From positions 155,165 through 219,164 of the forward strand of contig CALSCP010000945.1 in the NCBI GenBank assembly GCA_943704425.1: 64,000 bases of DNA, written 5' to 3'. Shown in pieces: positions 39,412 through 56,214 of this stretch. The DNA is from Ministeria vibrans ATCC 50519 (taxonomy: Eukaryota > Protista > Filasterea). The notes under the pieces are model-generated. The model saw only the letters and a program-made list of their open reading frames with translations, was not told the DNA's origin and did not search any database. Both the position numbers and the translations under genes were made by a program. Position 1 is the first letter of the stretch, and each line of letters starts with the position of its first letter.

Positions 39412-39734
39412 AAGAATACAACCCATTTATTAATGATACAGTCACCACGCGAAGACACAGCCAGACCGCCTTGCAAACTCGACCGAAACTCTAGAGGTAA
39501 CATGGGAGAACAGTGGCAGGTCATAGTGCTGTGTCGACGCTATCCAGTGAGGCAATCGCAATGGTACGCCATACCCCCAGAGGAGGCTTAGGGCTCTGAC
39601 ACCATGAAGGTGTCTGTCGGCAAGGAGTGTAAAGTCGAAGTCGTGGTTGAGGCAATCGGATCGGTGGTCGGCGGCGGCAAGTCCAAATAATAATAATAAT
39701 AATAATAAGGAGAACAGTGGCAGGTCATAGTGCT
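39412..39734 (+). repeat. Dispersed repeat with internal 26-bp direct repeat
   Basis: Matches 16660-16762; GGAGAACAGTGGCAGGTCATAGTGCT occurs at about 39506 and 39709. Confidence 0.7.
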
Positions 39735-39753
39735 AATAATAAGAATAAGAATA

Positions 39754-39797
<44 letters not shown>

Positions 39798-39848
39798 GTA
39801 ATAATAATAATAATAATAATAAGGTTGTACACTAACAATAATTTCTTT

Positions 39849-40417
39849 TCAATCCCACTCATCATCATTCTCGACGTCAGACTCTTCGTCAGACTGAGGT
39901 TCAAGCGCCCCACGTCGACCAAACATGCTCTGGGACAGAAGCGAGCCGAGGTTGAGCGGAGCCGTACCACCAGCAGGAGAGAAGGACTGGGACGAGGCAA
40001 CGACCGGCCGGAGAGCCTTGAGACCCTGGTGGGAGCGGATGGAGTCGAGAAGACCATCGGTGGAAGGGGCAACAACAGCAGCATTAGCAGCAAAAGCAGT
40101 TGCGGGTTTTAGCTTCGTCATGGACAGATTCATGGCAGTAGTGGTGGTCATAGTGCTACCACCTGGGGTACTCTCAGCGAGCAGAGGTGGCGGCGGAGGC
40201 GCAGGGGGCGGAGGAGGACCACCGCCAGCGGGAGGTGCTAGGTCGAGCGCTGGGTCAAGGTCGGGGGCCGTGGTGCCGTTGAGGGCACGTCCCAGGGTCT
40301 GTAGGAGGTCGGACTGGTTGATGTTGGTGAGGCCGTGTTGGTTGAGCAGATCCGACATGAGTTTGGCAGCAATGTCTTCCAGATTGGGAGGCATGTTGGG
40401 AGCGGAGGGGGACGGGG

Positions 40418-40453
<36 letters not shown>

Positions 40454-42332
40454 CTTCAGTAGCATTCGTAGCACCAGTAGCAGCGATCGGGGGTGTTGGC
40501 GGAAAAAGAGTGGTGGTGGTGGTCTGGGTGAACACACGAGAAGGTGGCGGGGGAGGGGGATTGGTGGTGATAATGGGATTACGTGTGATGGTGGGCGTCT
40601 CGTAGGGATTGGAGTCGTCCATAATCAGCGTGGCCTGGCGACGGGGCGAGTCTTCGTTGGTAGGAGTGTCGGCGGGCGGAGGAGGGGGCGGGAGTGGGGA
40701 ATCATCAAGTGGCACAGCTGTGTCGCGTGGAAGGGGCGGAGGCGGAGGGAGCGAGTCAAACAACATTGAGGTGGATCTCTCGACGCGACTCTGCTCAATC
40801 AGTGCCGATGCAGGCGCTTCAACAACACTCACATTAGCGGTTTCTTCCTCCTCCTCACCGCTTTCTTCCTCCTCTTCACTTTCATCCTCTTCATCGCTCT
40901 CCTCGTCATCGTCACTCTCATCTTCTTCCTCACTCTCATCTTCTTCCTCACTCTCCTCCTCCTCCTCGTCACTCTCCTCCTCTTCCTCTTCACTCTCCTC
41001 CTCCTCCTCCTCCTCCTCTTCTTCTTCCTCCTCAGTGGAGTCTCCCTCCACAATACCCTCCACGTACATCTTCCGTGCCGACTGGCTTCGGGTGGGCGGA
41101 GGTGGACGAAAGCTGACGGGACGGGCCTGAGCGGGTTTGAGTCGCTTTGACGCTGTAAGGAGTTCCTTCTGGAGACCCGTTGGCGCTGGAGGGGGACGCC
41201 TCAGTCGCCCTGCAGCAGCAAGAAGCTCCTTCTGCAGCCCTGTTGGCGGAGGTGTCGAGGGTGTGGGTGTGGAAGGCGTGGCTGGTGTGGGTATGGAAGG
41301 AGAAGGGGAAGGAAGAAAGATGGCATGGTCGTCGAGGTCGGCACGCGATGTGCGACGGGTGGGGACTGCGGGGGCAGACGGGTCGCTGTCTGCCTTGGAG
41401 GGTTGTCTTGGACGGGGTTGTGCGGCCATGAAGGCTGGAGGCATCTCCGAGTCGCTTGTGCGACGGGTGACAGATGGTGGCGCAGGATCGACTGCCGACT
41501 GATTGTGAAAGGTAGAAGGGCCCTTGTCACTGCTGCGTCGTCGAACGAGTGCTGGCGGGTGTTCATTGGCACTGGTTGACGCACTGTGTCTGTTGGTCAT
41601 CTTCTGTGCCTGTGATGATGATGGTGGTGGTGGCGGTGGTGGGGATGCACTTGTTGTTGCTGTTGACGGTAAATGCGAGGAGGAGGCGGGCGAAGAGGTA
41701 GACGAGGGACGCGACAGACCCGATTGGTTGACAACATCGCGTGTGAGCAGTGGCTTGCGCGGTGGTCCCGTAGTGGCTGTCGACGACGATGGTCGCTGCT
41801 CTGCAATGCGCGAACCCTAACAAATGCACACAACAACAATAATGACGACGTTAAATACTCATATAAAACAAAAAAGAAAGCGTGTTGTGGTGGTACCCTA
41901 TGAGACGACGCGGATCTTCTGGGAGGCGGCGGCGGAGGTGTTCCGTCGTCATCATCCAATGCACCGTTGGTGGGAGGTCTTGTGCTGCTGCTGGTAGTAA
42001 CGGACGAGACTTTGTCGAGGTCTGTTGGCATGAGGGTTTTCATGTCAATCAGGTAGCGAAGGCGACACTGCAAAAAATGAATGATACTATTATTTTACTT
42101 CTGTTGCGGTTGCTGCTCAAAAACTTACGATAGACTGTCCCTCGGGAACAAGCGAGTGCTTTTGATAGAACTCGACGAGTTTCTTAAACGATTTGAAACG
42201 GAGCGCACTAAACACGTACCATTGCTACGAGAGGGAGAGAGAGTTTAAGAGAGTTTAAGAGAGTTTAAGAAAGGTACAGAGAGTTAAACAAAGCGATAGA
42301 GAGAGAGAGAGAGAGAAAGAAACAAACAAAGC

Positions 42333-42417
<85 letters not shown>

Positions 42418-43012
42418 AAGAAAGAAAAAAAGCGATAGAGAGAGAGAGAGAAGAGGAAGAAACAAACAAAGCGATAGAGAGGAGAGAGAGAGACAAAGTG
42501 ATAGAGAGAGACAAAGTGATAGAGAGAAAGAGAGAGAAATAAAGCGATGAAGAGAAACAAAGTGATGGAGAGAAAGAGAGAGAGAGAAACAAAGCGATAG
42601 AGACAGAGAAAAACACAGTGAAGAGAGACGTGAGAATAGGAGTGGTGCGTTTGCTGTTGAGTGGTGGCACTGTTGACTCGCAGAGGTTGGTTGTTTGGAG
42701 AACGACCCATTTCCCCCTCACCAACGCCACACCACGCTTTAGCATATGCATTTTCACTTCATATCGGACGTTCTGGTGAGGGGACGTTGGGCTTTTGGGG
42801 AGAAATGGCGAAGGAAATACCAGTAAAAAACAATCACTTCTTACGTCGCTCTTTTCGTCATGGTAGACGCGGAAGCGCTTGACAGTGCCTTTGTGAGTAA
42901 CGGAGAGGCAAAAGGCGCCGGGAATCGTGGCGGACGGGGTCGCCAGAAAGGCCCCGTCCAGCGTCGAGTAAGCCGACAGCACTGACTTGACAAAGTTTTT
43001 GCTTTGGCTCAT
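39849..43012 (-). CDS. SH2 - proline-rich - WH2 - VCA protein (candidate Arp2/3 nucleation-promoting factor)
   Basis: Exons 43012-42845 (DGAFLATPSATIPGAFCLSVTHKGTVKRFRVY), 42224-42129 (QWYVFSALRFKSFKKLVEFYQKHSL), about 42067-41897 (CRLRYLI...PPPPPPRR) and about 41816-39849 all splice in phase 0. Ends DGLLDSIRSHQGLKALRPV...LGSLLSQSMFGRRGAL...SDEESDVENDDEWD*. The start codon is tentative. Confidence 0.85.
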
Positions 43013-43390
43013 TGGAATTTGACAGGACGACGCCAGTGGCCAACGAGGCAAACAGAAAGCAGCCAGACAGACAGTCTTGTGACACGAGCGAGAGTAAGAG
43101 AAAAAGAAATATATGAAGAAGAAGAAGATACGAGAATTAATATATGAATTACATATAGTGACTAGTACATATCAGATCAGTTGTTCTATTCACGTTCTAT
43201 TCTTCACAGGGACCTACAGGGCTCACAGGTTGTTGGGGTCTCTTCACCACACAAGATCCGCGCACTCCCGGACAATTTTAAGGCCATTTGTTAGTTATTA
43301 GTTGTGAGTTGTTTCGGCTTTGTTGGAATTCACTTTGTTGTATTCTGTTGTTTCAGTTTTTATTAATTTTCGCTCTAAAATACTTGGAAT

Positions 43391-44109
43391 ATGTCAGACG
43401 GAAGGAAAGCACTGCGAATCAAGACGGGCGTGCTGAAGAGGTGTGGCGCTCCCCCTTTGAGCTGTGTGTGTGTGTGTTGGGCCTGTCCGTTTGTTTGTGC
43501 TGTCCGCCTGCACTGCGTCCACCGCCACAGAGCTGTGTGTGCTCCACACATGCCCTGTGCATCCGTGCCCCGGCGTCTTTGTTGCCCCTTCTTCTTTCTT
43601 TGTGTTCCTGTCAGAATCAGTTGAGAAAAAAACGACAACGCTCACTTGTCAAGTTCAGCCTGAAATTGGCCCCTGTTGTCCACGCACCCCCGCCTATCCG
43701 TTGAAAATCCATCGGTCTGTCACTATGAGATGGACAGATTCGATTGAGACGACCGTGGAGGATACGCCTGTCAAACATCTTTGAGTGAGTCATCCTCACT
43801 CGCACTCACTCTCTGTTGCTCCTTTCTCCACCCACGAACAGGCTCCACAAGGAGATTGAAATGTACACCAAGGAAGCAGACAAGCATCGTGCGAAAATCG
43901 ACGAGATGCACGCAAGCAATGTGGATGCGTATGACATCAAGAAGATGGGGGAGGTCCTCGACGAGACGGCCGCAATGGTGCCCGACACACAGCGCCGCCT
44001 GGAACGCGCACGGGCGGAGATGGCCGACTTGCTCGAGGCAGAGACGGCACTTGCCTCGTCCGAAGAGTACAAGGCTGCCAAGAGCATGTACGACGCGACT
44101 GCCGTCTGA
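43391..44109 (+). CDS. TBCA: Tubulin-specific chaperone A (2 exons)
   Basis: LRIKTGVLKR|LHKEIEMY...DAYDIKKMGEVLDETAAMVPDTQRRL. Confidence 0.93.
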
Positions 44110-46050
44110 ACCCGTCGAGTAGTCTGTTCCCTGTCTGTACAAATATGTCCATTTAATTTTGGTTTGTTTTGGAAACTATATTGGTGTATACTAGTCAGCA
44201 CTCAGTAGGTTGAGTAGCATTCAATGCAAGGAAATTATTACAATTTAAATGTGTTGTTGAGGTTGGTCAACGAGAATTTGTTGTTTAATTAATCAACCGT
44301 ATAGTTATAAAAATTATTCACTCTAAAACCCTCACAAAACTTTTCACTTCATTTACAATTAATCAACTTCCTTGGTCTCTTGGTTCGGTTTCGTCTCATG
44401 CATCTTCCAGACGACTTTGGGGCGGAAGAAGGGACTCCCGTGGAGAATGGAGAGGCGGTCTTGGACGAGCTGGACAAGTACGAGTGATCGCCTGAGCCGC
44501 ACTCTAAAGCACTCGTCTTATCCTTAGAGCTGTCGGTGCGAAAGGGCCGCCCGACTTGGAGTACATTCTAGTAATGCCTTTTGCTGTGATCCGCATTCCG
44601 TTTACGAACTACGGTATTGAATTGGCGGACGAGACGACTCGAAAGCAGTTCACTCTTGTGTTGAAGGCATCTCGGCCAGCAGCTACGGACACGCCGCTGT
44701 GCGCTACACCCGTCCCAATGGAGAGCAGATTGTCATGAACATATCAGGAAAGAAGGAGAAGGCAAGTGGCGCGTGCAGTGGAACCAGATCGATTCGTCAA
44801 ACGAGACAGTTTCTCTCTGCTTAGAGTTCAATGGTCCAATTTTGTCGACCGTCCGAATATTTCTTTTCGACCAAATTTAGACCCGCTATTGAACAGAAGG
44901 GACTGTACAATCGAACGATGGTCTCCATACGCATAGAAAAGGTGGATCCAGAGAAAATTGAGGCAATGCACAGTTTCTTCCTGTCCCTTCAGAAGAAAGA
45001 GTTTGAAGAGAAGAAGGGTAAACAACCAATAAGATTATTATTAATGGGTGCTTGAAATGATATGTACTCCCCTCCCACACAGTCAAATTTGAACTGGCAT
45101 TGGGACCAGTGTACAATCTTGCGCGAATGTTTCTCCCGTTTCTCTCTCAGAGAGGAAACTGCGCATTTTGGACATCGCAGGTATGCAGCAGACGAAGGAA
45201 ACACTCTACTGAAATTGTGTTGTTGTGACAGGGTCTTTATGAAGCAGGAGTAACGCGTCACGTTTCAATTTGGCCAAAATCGATTTTGATTGATATTGTA
45301 TGAAGAGAGGGAGAGAGAGCGAAAGAGAACGAGAGAGAAAGAAGGGAGAAAGAAATAAGTAAGTGATTGAGACTGATTGGCTAAGCGTAGTTTGAGAATA
45401 TGCCAAGAGACAAAACGGACGTAAACATTGTGTATTACCATCGGATTAAGTAAGAGACAAAAAAAGAAAAAAAAGAGAAAGAAAGAGTCTCTATCTGTCT
45501 GGTAACTAAAATTGAGTAGACATGCGAAAATGGCGTATGGGATTGATGCAGAGCCCATTACGGCTGTGGCTCCACTGCAGACACTGCGCTCCCTCTTTTA
45601 CTACAACATGGAGCCCTATGCGGTACCGCCGAACTGTTTGCAAACCCTAGCTCCACTTGTTGATACCCCCCTCCCATTCTATAATTCAGAAAGCATCCGT
45701 GTCCGTCCCCGACTCGTCCACCGTCGCGCAAGTCACAGTCAACCCCAATCCCATTCAGCCGAGTCCCATCCGCAACATTCTAAATCACCCACTCTTCATT
45801 TTCACCTCAGTCTGCGTCACAGGCGGTATATGCATCCTCAAACTAATGTAAGCCTTACACGCTCCAACGTAGGAATCCTGTTCCGCAACTACCGATTCAT
45901 GGTCGCACCAGCGCGATGGAGCGACCGCCGAGCACGCATATACAAACAAATTGCATGACATAAACACAAACACACACACGGCTGTACTCGTCCTATCTTC
46001 CCGTCTCTCTCTCTCTCTCTATCACTTTGTTTTTCTCTCTCTCTATCACT

Positions 46051-46093
<43 letters not shown>

Positions 46094-46095
46094 GT

Positions 46096-50363
<4,268 letters not shown>

Positions 50364-50458
50364 GAGAGAAACAGAGAAGTAAAAACTGTGAATATAATAA
50401 ATAGTTACAAGATTAAACTACAAAGTGGTACAACAAATTATTTTAATGATACACATCA

Positions 50459-52128
50459 CTAGGGAGTTTGCTTCAAATTCAATTCCCGGAAGAGAACCTT
50501 CATGCGACTGTCGACCTCCTCGTGGTCAACATAGGCGCCTCTGAGCCAACGGACCCGTTTAGAGGACTCGAAGGGACGGCGCGCATGAAGGATGCGGCGG
50601 TTGTTGAAGATGACCACCTCGCCCGTCTGAAGGCGATGCGCCAGCGAGTGCTCTGGCTGCTCGACGAGCATAGCAAACATGTCATAGGCTTCGTAGAATG
50701 CCGAAATACACTGTTGAGAGAGAGGAGAAAAGCAAAAAAAAAACAAACGTGTCAGTGTTTGTTGGTCTATCCCTATCTCGGTATTACTTGGTGGTTAATA
50801 GACTGGATTCCCTCAAAGGGCGGACTGAAGTTGATTGAGCGAAGATATCCTTGCCGAGTCGATTCAATCACACGGTGCTGCACACCCCGAGAGCTGTCCT
50901 ACCAGTGCGCAAAAAAAAAAAAGACATAGGCTTGTTAATCAACACTCTCTCTTTCTCTCTGTGTGTGCCGTACGGAATCTTCAAAGTGGTAGTAGATATA
51001 TTGTGAGGAGAGCAGAGAGTAGAACCTCGGCGACAGGGAGTAGAGCTCGTTAATGGCACGATGACCGTCAGTGAAGACGGTTTCTCCCCTGCGCAAAAGG
51101 AAGGTGAAAGGTGTTAAGGGCAACGCAGAGTAACGGAGCAGGCGGAAATGATTTATACCCCTTGTCACTGGGAGAGAGGCAGTGTAAAATCTGCACAAAA
51201 GGAGGGGTATCAAAGTACCTAAGAATAAAAACGTAAGCAGGTGGCGCTCTGTCTTCGGCTCTTAAAGAGGCACTCACAGGAGATCCTGATGCATTCCTAA
51301 CATTTGCTCAGTGTAGGCAATGTTATTTGCGCCGCTCTTGGACTTGACGTCCCATGTCAACCCATAAAAGGTGTTGCGCAGTGCCCCAATGCGCGTTCCA
51401 ATGTTACTCACAGTCTTTTCCCTACGAGCAAAACACGACCACATGTGAGTCATTTCGTTCCTGACTTCTCTTCCATTACGCGTACTTTGAGGGGGCACCG
51501 GTGAGAAAGAAAAGACCGTGTTTGCGAAAGCGACGGAGGCAATTGAAGAGAGCGGCACTGTCGGTCATAAAGGCGTCAAAGGGGGTTGCAATCTCCTCCA
51601 TGGTCAATGTCGTCCCTGACCACGACGGTGCATTAGTCTTTGGCGAGTGCGGCGGGCGATATGCAGGCACGCGCCGATTCGAGAGCTTCGCAATGAGAGC
51701 CGCATCGGTACGCACCTCGTGGCCGTCGTTGAAGCGAGCGACGATGGTGTTGTCCGGTTCGCTTGAGACAGACGCGAGTGTGATCATTTCGTTTTTGTTG
51801 GGCGACAGAGCGACACTCGCGGCAGTCTCCACACGCTGCGACGTGCCCGGCATGATGCACCTGGGGCACTGGCAGGTCGATCGAAACCAGCGACTGTTCA
51901 CACGCATTCCATTCATGGAGAACGTGTGCGCATCCACAATTTCCACATTGGCCTGGCGCTGGCCAACATAGCCGATTAGACGCATCGGCGCAGCGCACGA
52001 CCCTCGCCACGCCGCTGTCGGTGCCACGTGTCGTAACCGACCTGCTCGGGCTAAGGCTGCTTGCAGCTGTGTACGAGACAAACAGAACACGCTTGATGTT
52101 TGATTCCCCACCGAATCATCAAGTTCCT
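50459..52128 (-). CDS. Gamma-butyrobetaine/TauD-family 2OG-Fe dioxygenase, multi-exon (start uncertain)
   Basis: WFRSTCQCPRC zinc site, NIAYT...MHQDLL|YFDTPPFVQILHCL, FTDG, NFSPPF, IFNNRRILHARRPF, LRGAY. Confidence 0.85.
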
Positions 52129-52594
52129 GCAGACACACACNNNNNNNNNNAAAAAAAAAAAAAAAAAAAACGAGATGCAAAAACGAGAAGAAAAAAAAAG
52201 AACACGCGGGAATCCATCAGATAAAACGTTTCGGTAGCGTTAGGAAAGCGTCATTGAGATCAGGGTGCAAAGCGAAAACCGCCTCGCGGAAGATCTGTCG
52301 GACAAATGCCTCCAGGTATCATCATGTGGAGCGCAGGGGGCGCGGGCAGGGGCCTGCGGGCGTCGCGGCTTAACTTGTAGCACTCCGTACCATAGCGTCG
52401 GTCAGATCACTCAAATACAATGAAAATGATGATGATTTTTAGAATTCATTATTCAAGATTGATCATTGATGATTGAAAAGACGAACATTTTTGATCAAGA
52501 TCAATAATTTTATTACTCATCAATTTAATTGGATCGCCAGTGCCAGCAGGGGGTTTTTGTTTTGTTTTATTTGAACGAGATCGGGACTTGGGAG

Positions 52595-54258
52595 ATGCTT
52601 TCTAAAAGAGGACAGGAGCTTGCGGAAAGCAAGTTTTTGCTGTACGACGGGTGGTTGAGGTGTCAAGCGAATGTGTTCGATTTGGAGAAATCGCCGCAAG
52701 GCTGCATCAACCTGGGCACCAGTGAGCACGGGTGTGTTGCTGACATCTGGGAAGAGCGACTGAAAGGCTTTCGCGCGGCGCAAGCAGTCTCAGAAGCGGA
52801 CACTCACTATGTATGATTGCCGTGCCCTGCCCCGTCGCCCTGCTCACCCTCCAACCGCCTCCTCACCTCCCTAGTGCGACATGATGGGCACCGAGAGCTT
52901 TCGCACCGCCATCGCGACGTTCCTCTCCCGCGAAATGCGCGTCTCGTCTCCTCTGCTTCCCTCACACATCAGTGTGACCAACGGCTGTGGCAGCGCAATG
53001 GAGCAGTTCGCCATGAGCACTTGCGACGCAGGCGACGGCATTCTTCTTCCCGCACCCTTCTACGGCGGCTTTGACATGGACCTGGGGCGGCGCGCACACG
53101 TCCAACGCGTGCCAGTCGCCCTGGAGCACAACTCCCCGTTCCTCACGCGCGACGCTTGTGAAGCGGCCTATGCCAATGCGACTGCACAGGGCATTACCAT
53201 CCGTGCCTTTCTCCTTTGCAATCCCCACAACCCTTTTGGCATCGTCTTTGAAAGCGAAACTGTTCAAATGTGCATTGGTACACGAAAGAGAGACCGCAGA
53301 GATGCCACTAAAACCCATCTCTCTTTTTAGATTTCGCGGCGAGCAAAGCAATTCACATAGTGATTGACGAAATCTACTTCCTGTCGACACATTCAATGCC
53401 AACGGACGAGTCTGACGCCAGTGTACATGACAGTAGTGCGAGCAAAGGCTTTCCCAATGCGCTGTCTTTGTCTTCTGTACCCGACCCCGACCGTCTTCAT
53501 GTCGTGTGGGGCTTCTCAAAGGACTTTGGTCTCAGCGGCTTTCGCGTCGGGGTGTTTATTACTAAAAACGCAGTGGTATGCATCTCAGACACTCTATTTT
53601 CTAACTGAAACCCTAGCCCTAACCCTAATCCTAACCCTAATCCTAACCGTAATTTCAACCCTTTCCCTAACCATATCCGTTCCTTTCTTCCTCTCTCTTA
53701 TCTGTGTGTTAGCTTCGGCACTGCATGGAGCAGACGGCGTACTTTTACTGCGTCTCGACTCTCACCCAGTCTTTTTTGCGCGACGCCCTCCTCGACACCT
53801 CTTTTACTCGCCACTTCTTCGCCCAGTCCCGCACGCGTCTCCACGCCGCCTGCTCCCTTGTTTGTGCGCGTCTCAGTGCCCTCCACATTCCGTATGTTCC
53901 TGCACACGCCGGCTTCTTCGTCTGGGTTGACCTTCGTCGCTACTGCGGCGCCTCCTTTGCCGCCGAAGACGCCCTCTGGCGCCGCTTCCTTGATGCTGAA
54001 GTGTATGTAGCTCCCGGCGCTGCCTTCTCCTGCGCCGTCCCCGGCTTCTTTCGCATTGTCTTCTCGCGTGCTGTGCCCGTCATCGAGCTTGCAATGGAGC
54101 GCATCGAGCGGGTCCTGAGCCAAACACCTCAGACTGCAGCGACCGCCGACACGCTGGATGTGGTGAGTGCATCGTCGAGTGGAAATGTGCAGGAAGAGGA
54201 GGAGTCACTCGAATCGTTGGCTGCGCTGCTTCTCAGACAACTCAAAGATCAGAACTGA
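52595..54258 (+). CDS. ACCS: ACC-synthase-like class I PLP aminotransferase, multi-exon
   Basis: PQGCINLGTSE, VTNGCGSA, GDGILLPAPFYGGF, CNPHNPFG, VIDEIY, WGFSKDFGLSGFRVG, AGFFVWVDL, PGFFRIVF. Confidence 0.85.
53609..53672. repeat. Degenerate interstitial telomere-like (CCCTAA)n inside an intron
   Basis: AACCCTAGCCCTAACCCTAATCCTAACCCTAATCCTAACCGTAA. Confidence 0.75.
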
Positions 54259-54441
54259 AATAGTACAAAAAAGAAGAACAGCAGTACTATAGTACTAATT
54301 ATGATAAGGAGTCCGTTGAATGAGTAATTTTAAATATTTTGTTGATTGTTCACTCTTTCGACTCTTTTCCGCCGTTTGCTTCTTTGTCTAGGTTCAGAGA
54401 CAGACCAGAGAGGGACACACACATCGTGAGTGCCTTCAAGC

Positions 54442-54871
54442 ATGTCGGATGGCAAAGACACGTAAAAAATACCCAAAGTTCACTCTCTCGCCGTCTGCTC
54501 ACTGCGCTACTGCGCTCCTTGCCGCCCCACAGGATTGTGTCTGTTGTAATACAGGATTACATCAAGAGACGCGAGCCCAAAAAGCACTATGTACGTTGCA
54601 CATCGAATGTGGTGTGAAATCGACTTTGTTTGTGCTCACGTCTCTCCTGTCCCCAACGCCCCTCCTGCCCTCTTCTCCTTAGACGTATCAGATTGAAATC
54701 AAGCGTGCCAGTGGCGATTGCTACCTGATCTTTCGACGGTTTCGCGAGTTTTTCGACTTCAACGAGAAACTCTCGAGTGTCTTTTTTCGTGAGGCGGGTC
54801 GTGTCGACTACCGCGAGCGCATCCTGCCGTACATGCCGCAGAAGATCATCATGGGGCGCTCTGCCGTGTAC
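54442..54871 (+). CDS. p47phox/Tks4-5-type PX-domain protein, 5' exons only
   Basis: MSDGKDT|IVSVVIQDYIKRREPKKHY|TYQIEIKR...IFRRFREFFDFNEKL...EAGRVDYRERILPYMPQKIIMGRS. Runs into a GA repeat and N gap. Confidence 0.8.
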
Positions 54872-54879
54872 GTGACGCG

Positions 54880-55110
54880 AGAGAGACACAGGGAGAGTTT
54901 GAGAGAGTTTGAGAGAGAAAGAATCAAAGTGATAGAGAGAGAAAGAAACAAAGTGATAGAGAGAGAGAAACAAAGTGATAGAGAGAGAGAAAGAAACAAA
55001 GTGATAGAGAGAGAGAAACAAAGTGATAGAGAGAGAGAGATTAAGATAAAGAGATAAACAAAGTGATAGAGAGAGAGAAACAAAGTGATAGAGAGAGAGA
55101 AACAAANNNN

Positions 55111-55178
<68 letters not shown>

Positions 55179-55445
55179 GAAAGAGGAGAAAGAAACAAAG
55201 TGATAGAGAGAGAGAGAGAGAAAGAAACAAAGTGATAGAGAGAGAGAGAGACAGAGAGAGAGAATCAAAGTTATAGAGAGAGAATCAAAGTGATAGAGAG
55301 AGAACAAAGTGATAGAGAGAGAATCAAAGTGATAGAGAGAGAATCAAAGTGATAGAGAGAGAATCAAAGTGATAGAGAGAGAGAATTAAAGTGATAGAGG
55401 GAGAGAGAGAATTAAAGAGTGGAGGGAGAGAGAATCAATGTGAGA
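54880..55445. repeat. (GA)n / AAACAAAGTGATAG minisatellite containing an N gap
   Basis: Tandem 20-26 bp units; gap at 55107-55110. Confidence 0.95.
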
Positions 55446-56214
55446 AAGATAGAGAATAATAGACTTTTTTTTACATCATTGTCTGTCGTAGGTTGGCTGT
55501 GGTGTCGGCAATACGGTGTTTCCCCTTCTGGAAGCGCGTCCCGGCATTTTTGTTCATTGCTGCGACTTTTCACCAAAGGCCGTTGAGCTTGTCAAGGTAG
55601 AGCAAGCCAATTGCAAGGGTGAGTCGTTTCACTCTGTTTCCCTGCTCTACTCAATTTCAGGAGCACAGTGCGTACAGTGAGGCTCACAGCAACGCTTTTG
55701 TCTGCGACCTCACACAAGACGCATTGCCACCAAGCGTGTTGGCAGCGACACCACCTGCACCCAGCACGATTGACGCCATCACGCTGCTCTTTGTGCTGTC
55801 GGCCATTCACCCGGATCGCATGGTCGCATCCCTCGCCAACATCCGCAGTGTCATGTCACCTACGACCCGTCTGCTCTTCCGCGACTACGGCTTGCACGAT
55901 CACGCCCAACTGCGCTTCACCGCGCCCAACCGACTCGGCGAGAACTTCTACGTGCGCAGCGACGGCACGCGCGCCTACTATTTCTCGCTGGCAGACGTCG
56001 AGCGGCTCGCGCACGACGCAGGCCTGGTCGTCGACAGTCTTGCGTACCATGTGGGCGAGACCGTCAACCGCGCCAAGGGCTTGCGCGTCGACCGTGTCTT
56101 TGTGCAGGCCGTGTTGCGTCTCAAGTAATCTCTTTCTTTCTTGTAAAAGTATTGATAGAAAAATGTATTTATACGTATCATCGTGGGGGTGAAATCGAAA
56201 AATGCCAAAGAAAA

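Noticed and set aside
44398-45958. Coding-like fragments with stops and frameshifts
   Set aside because: No family recognised and no consistent splice model; possibly a pseudogene but unsupported.
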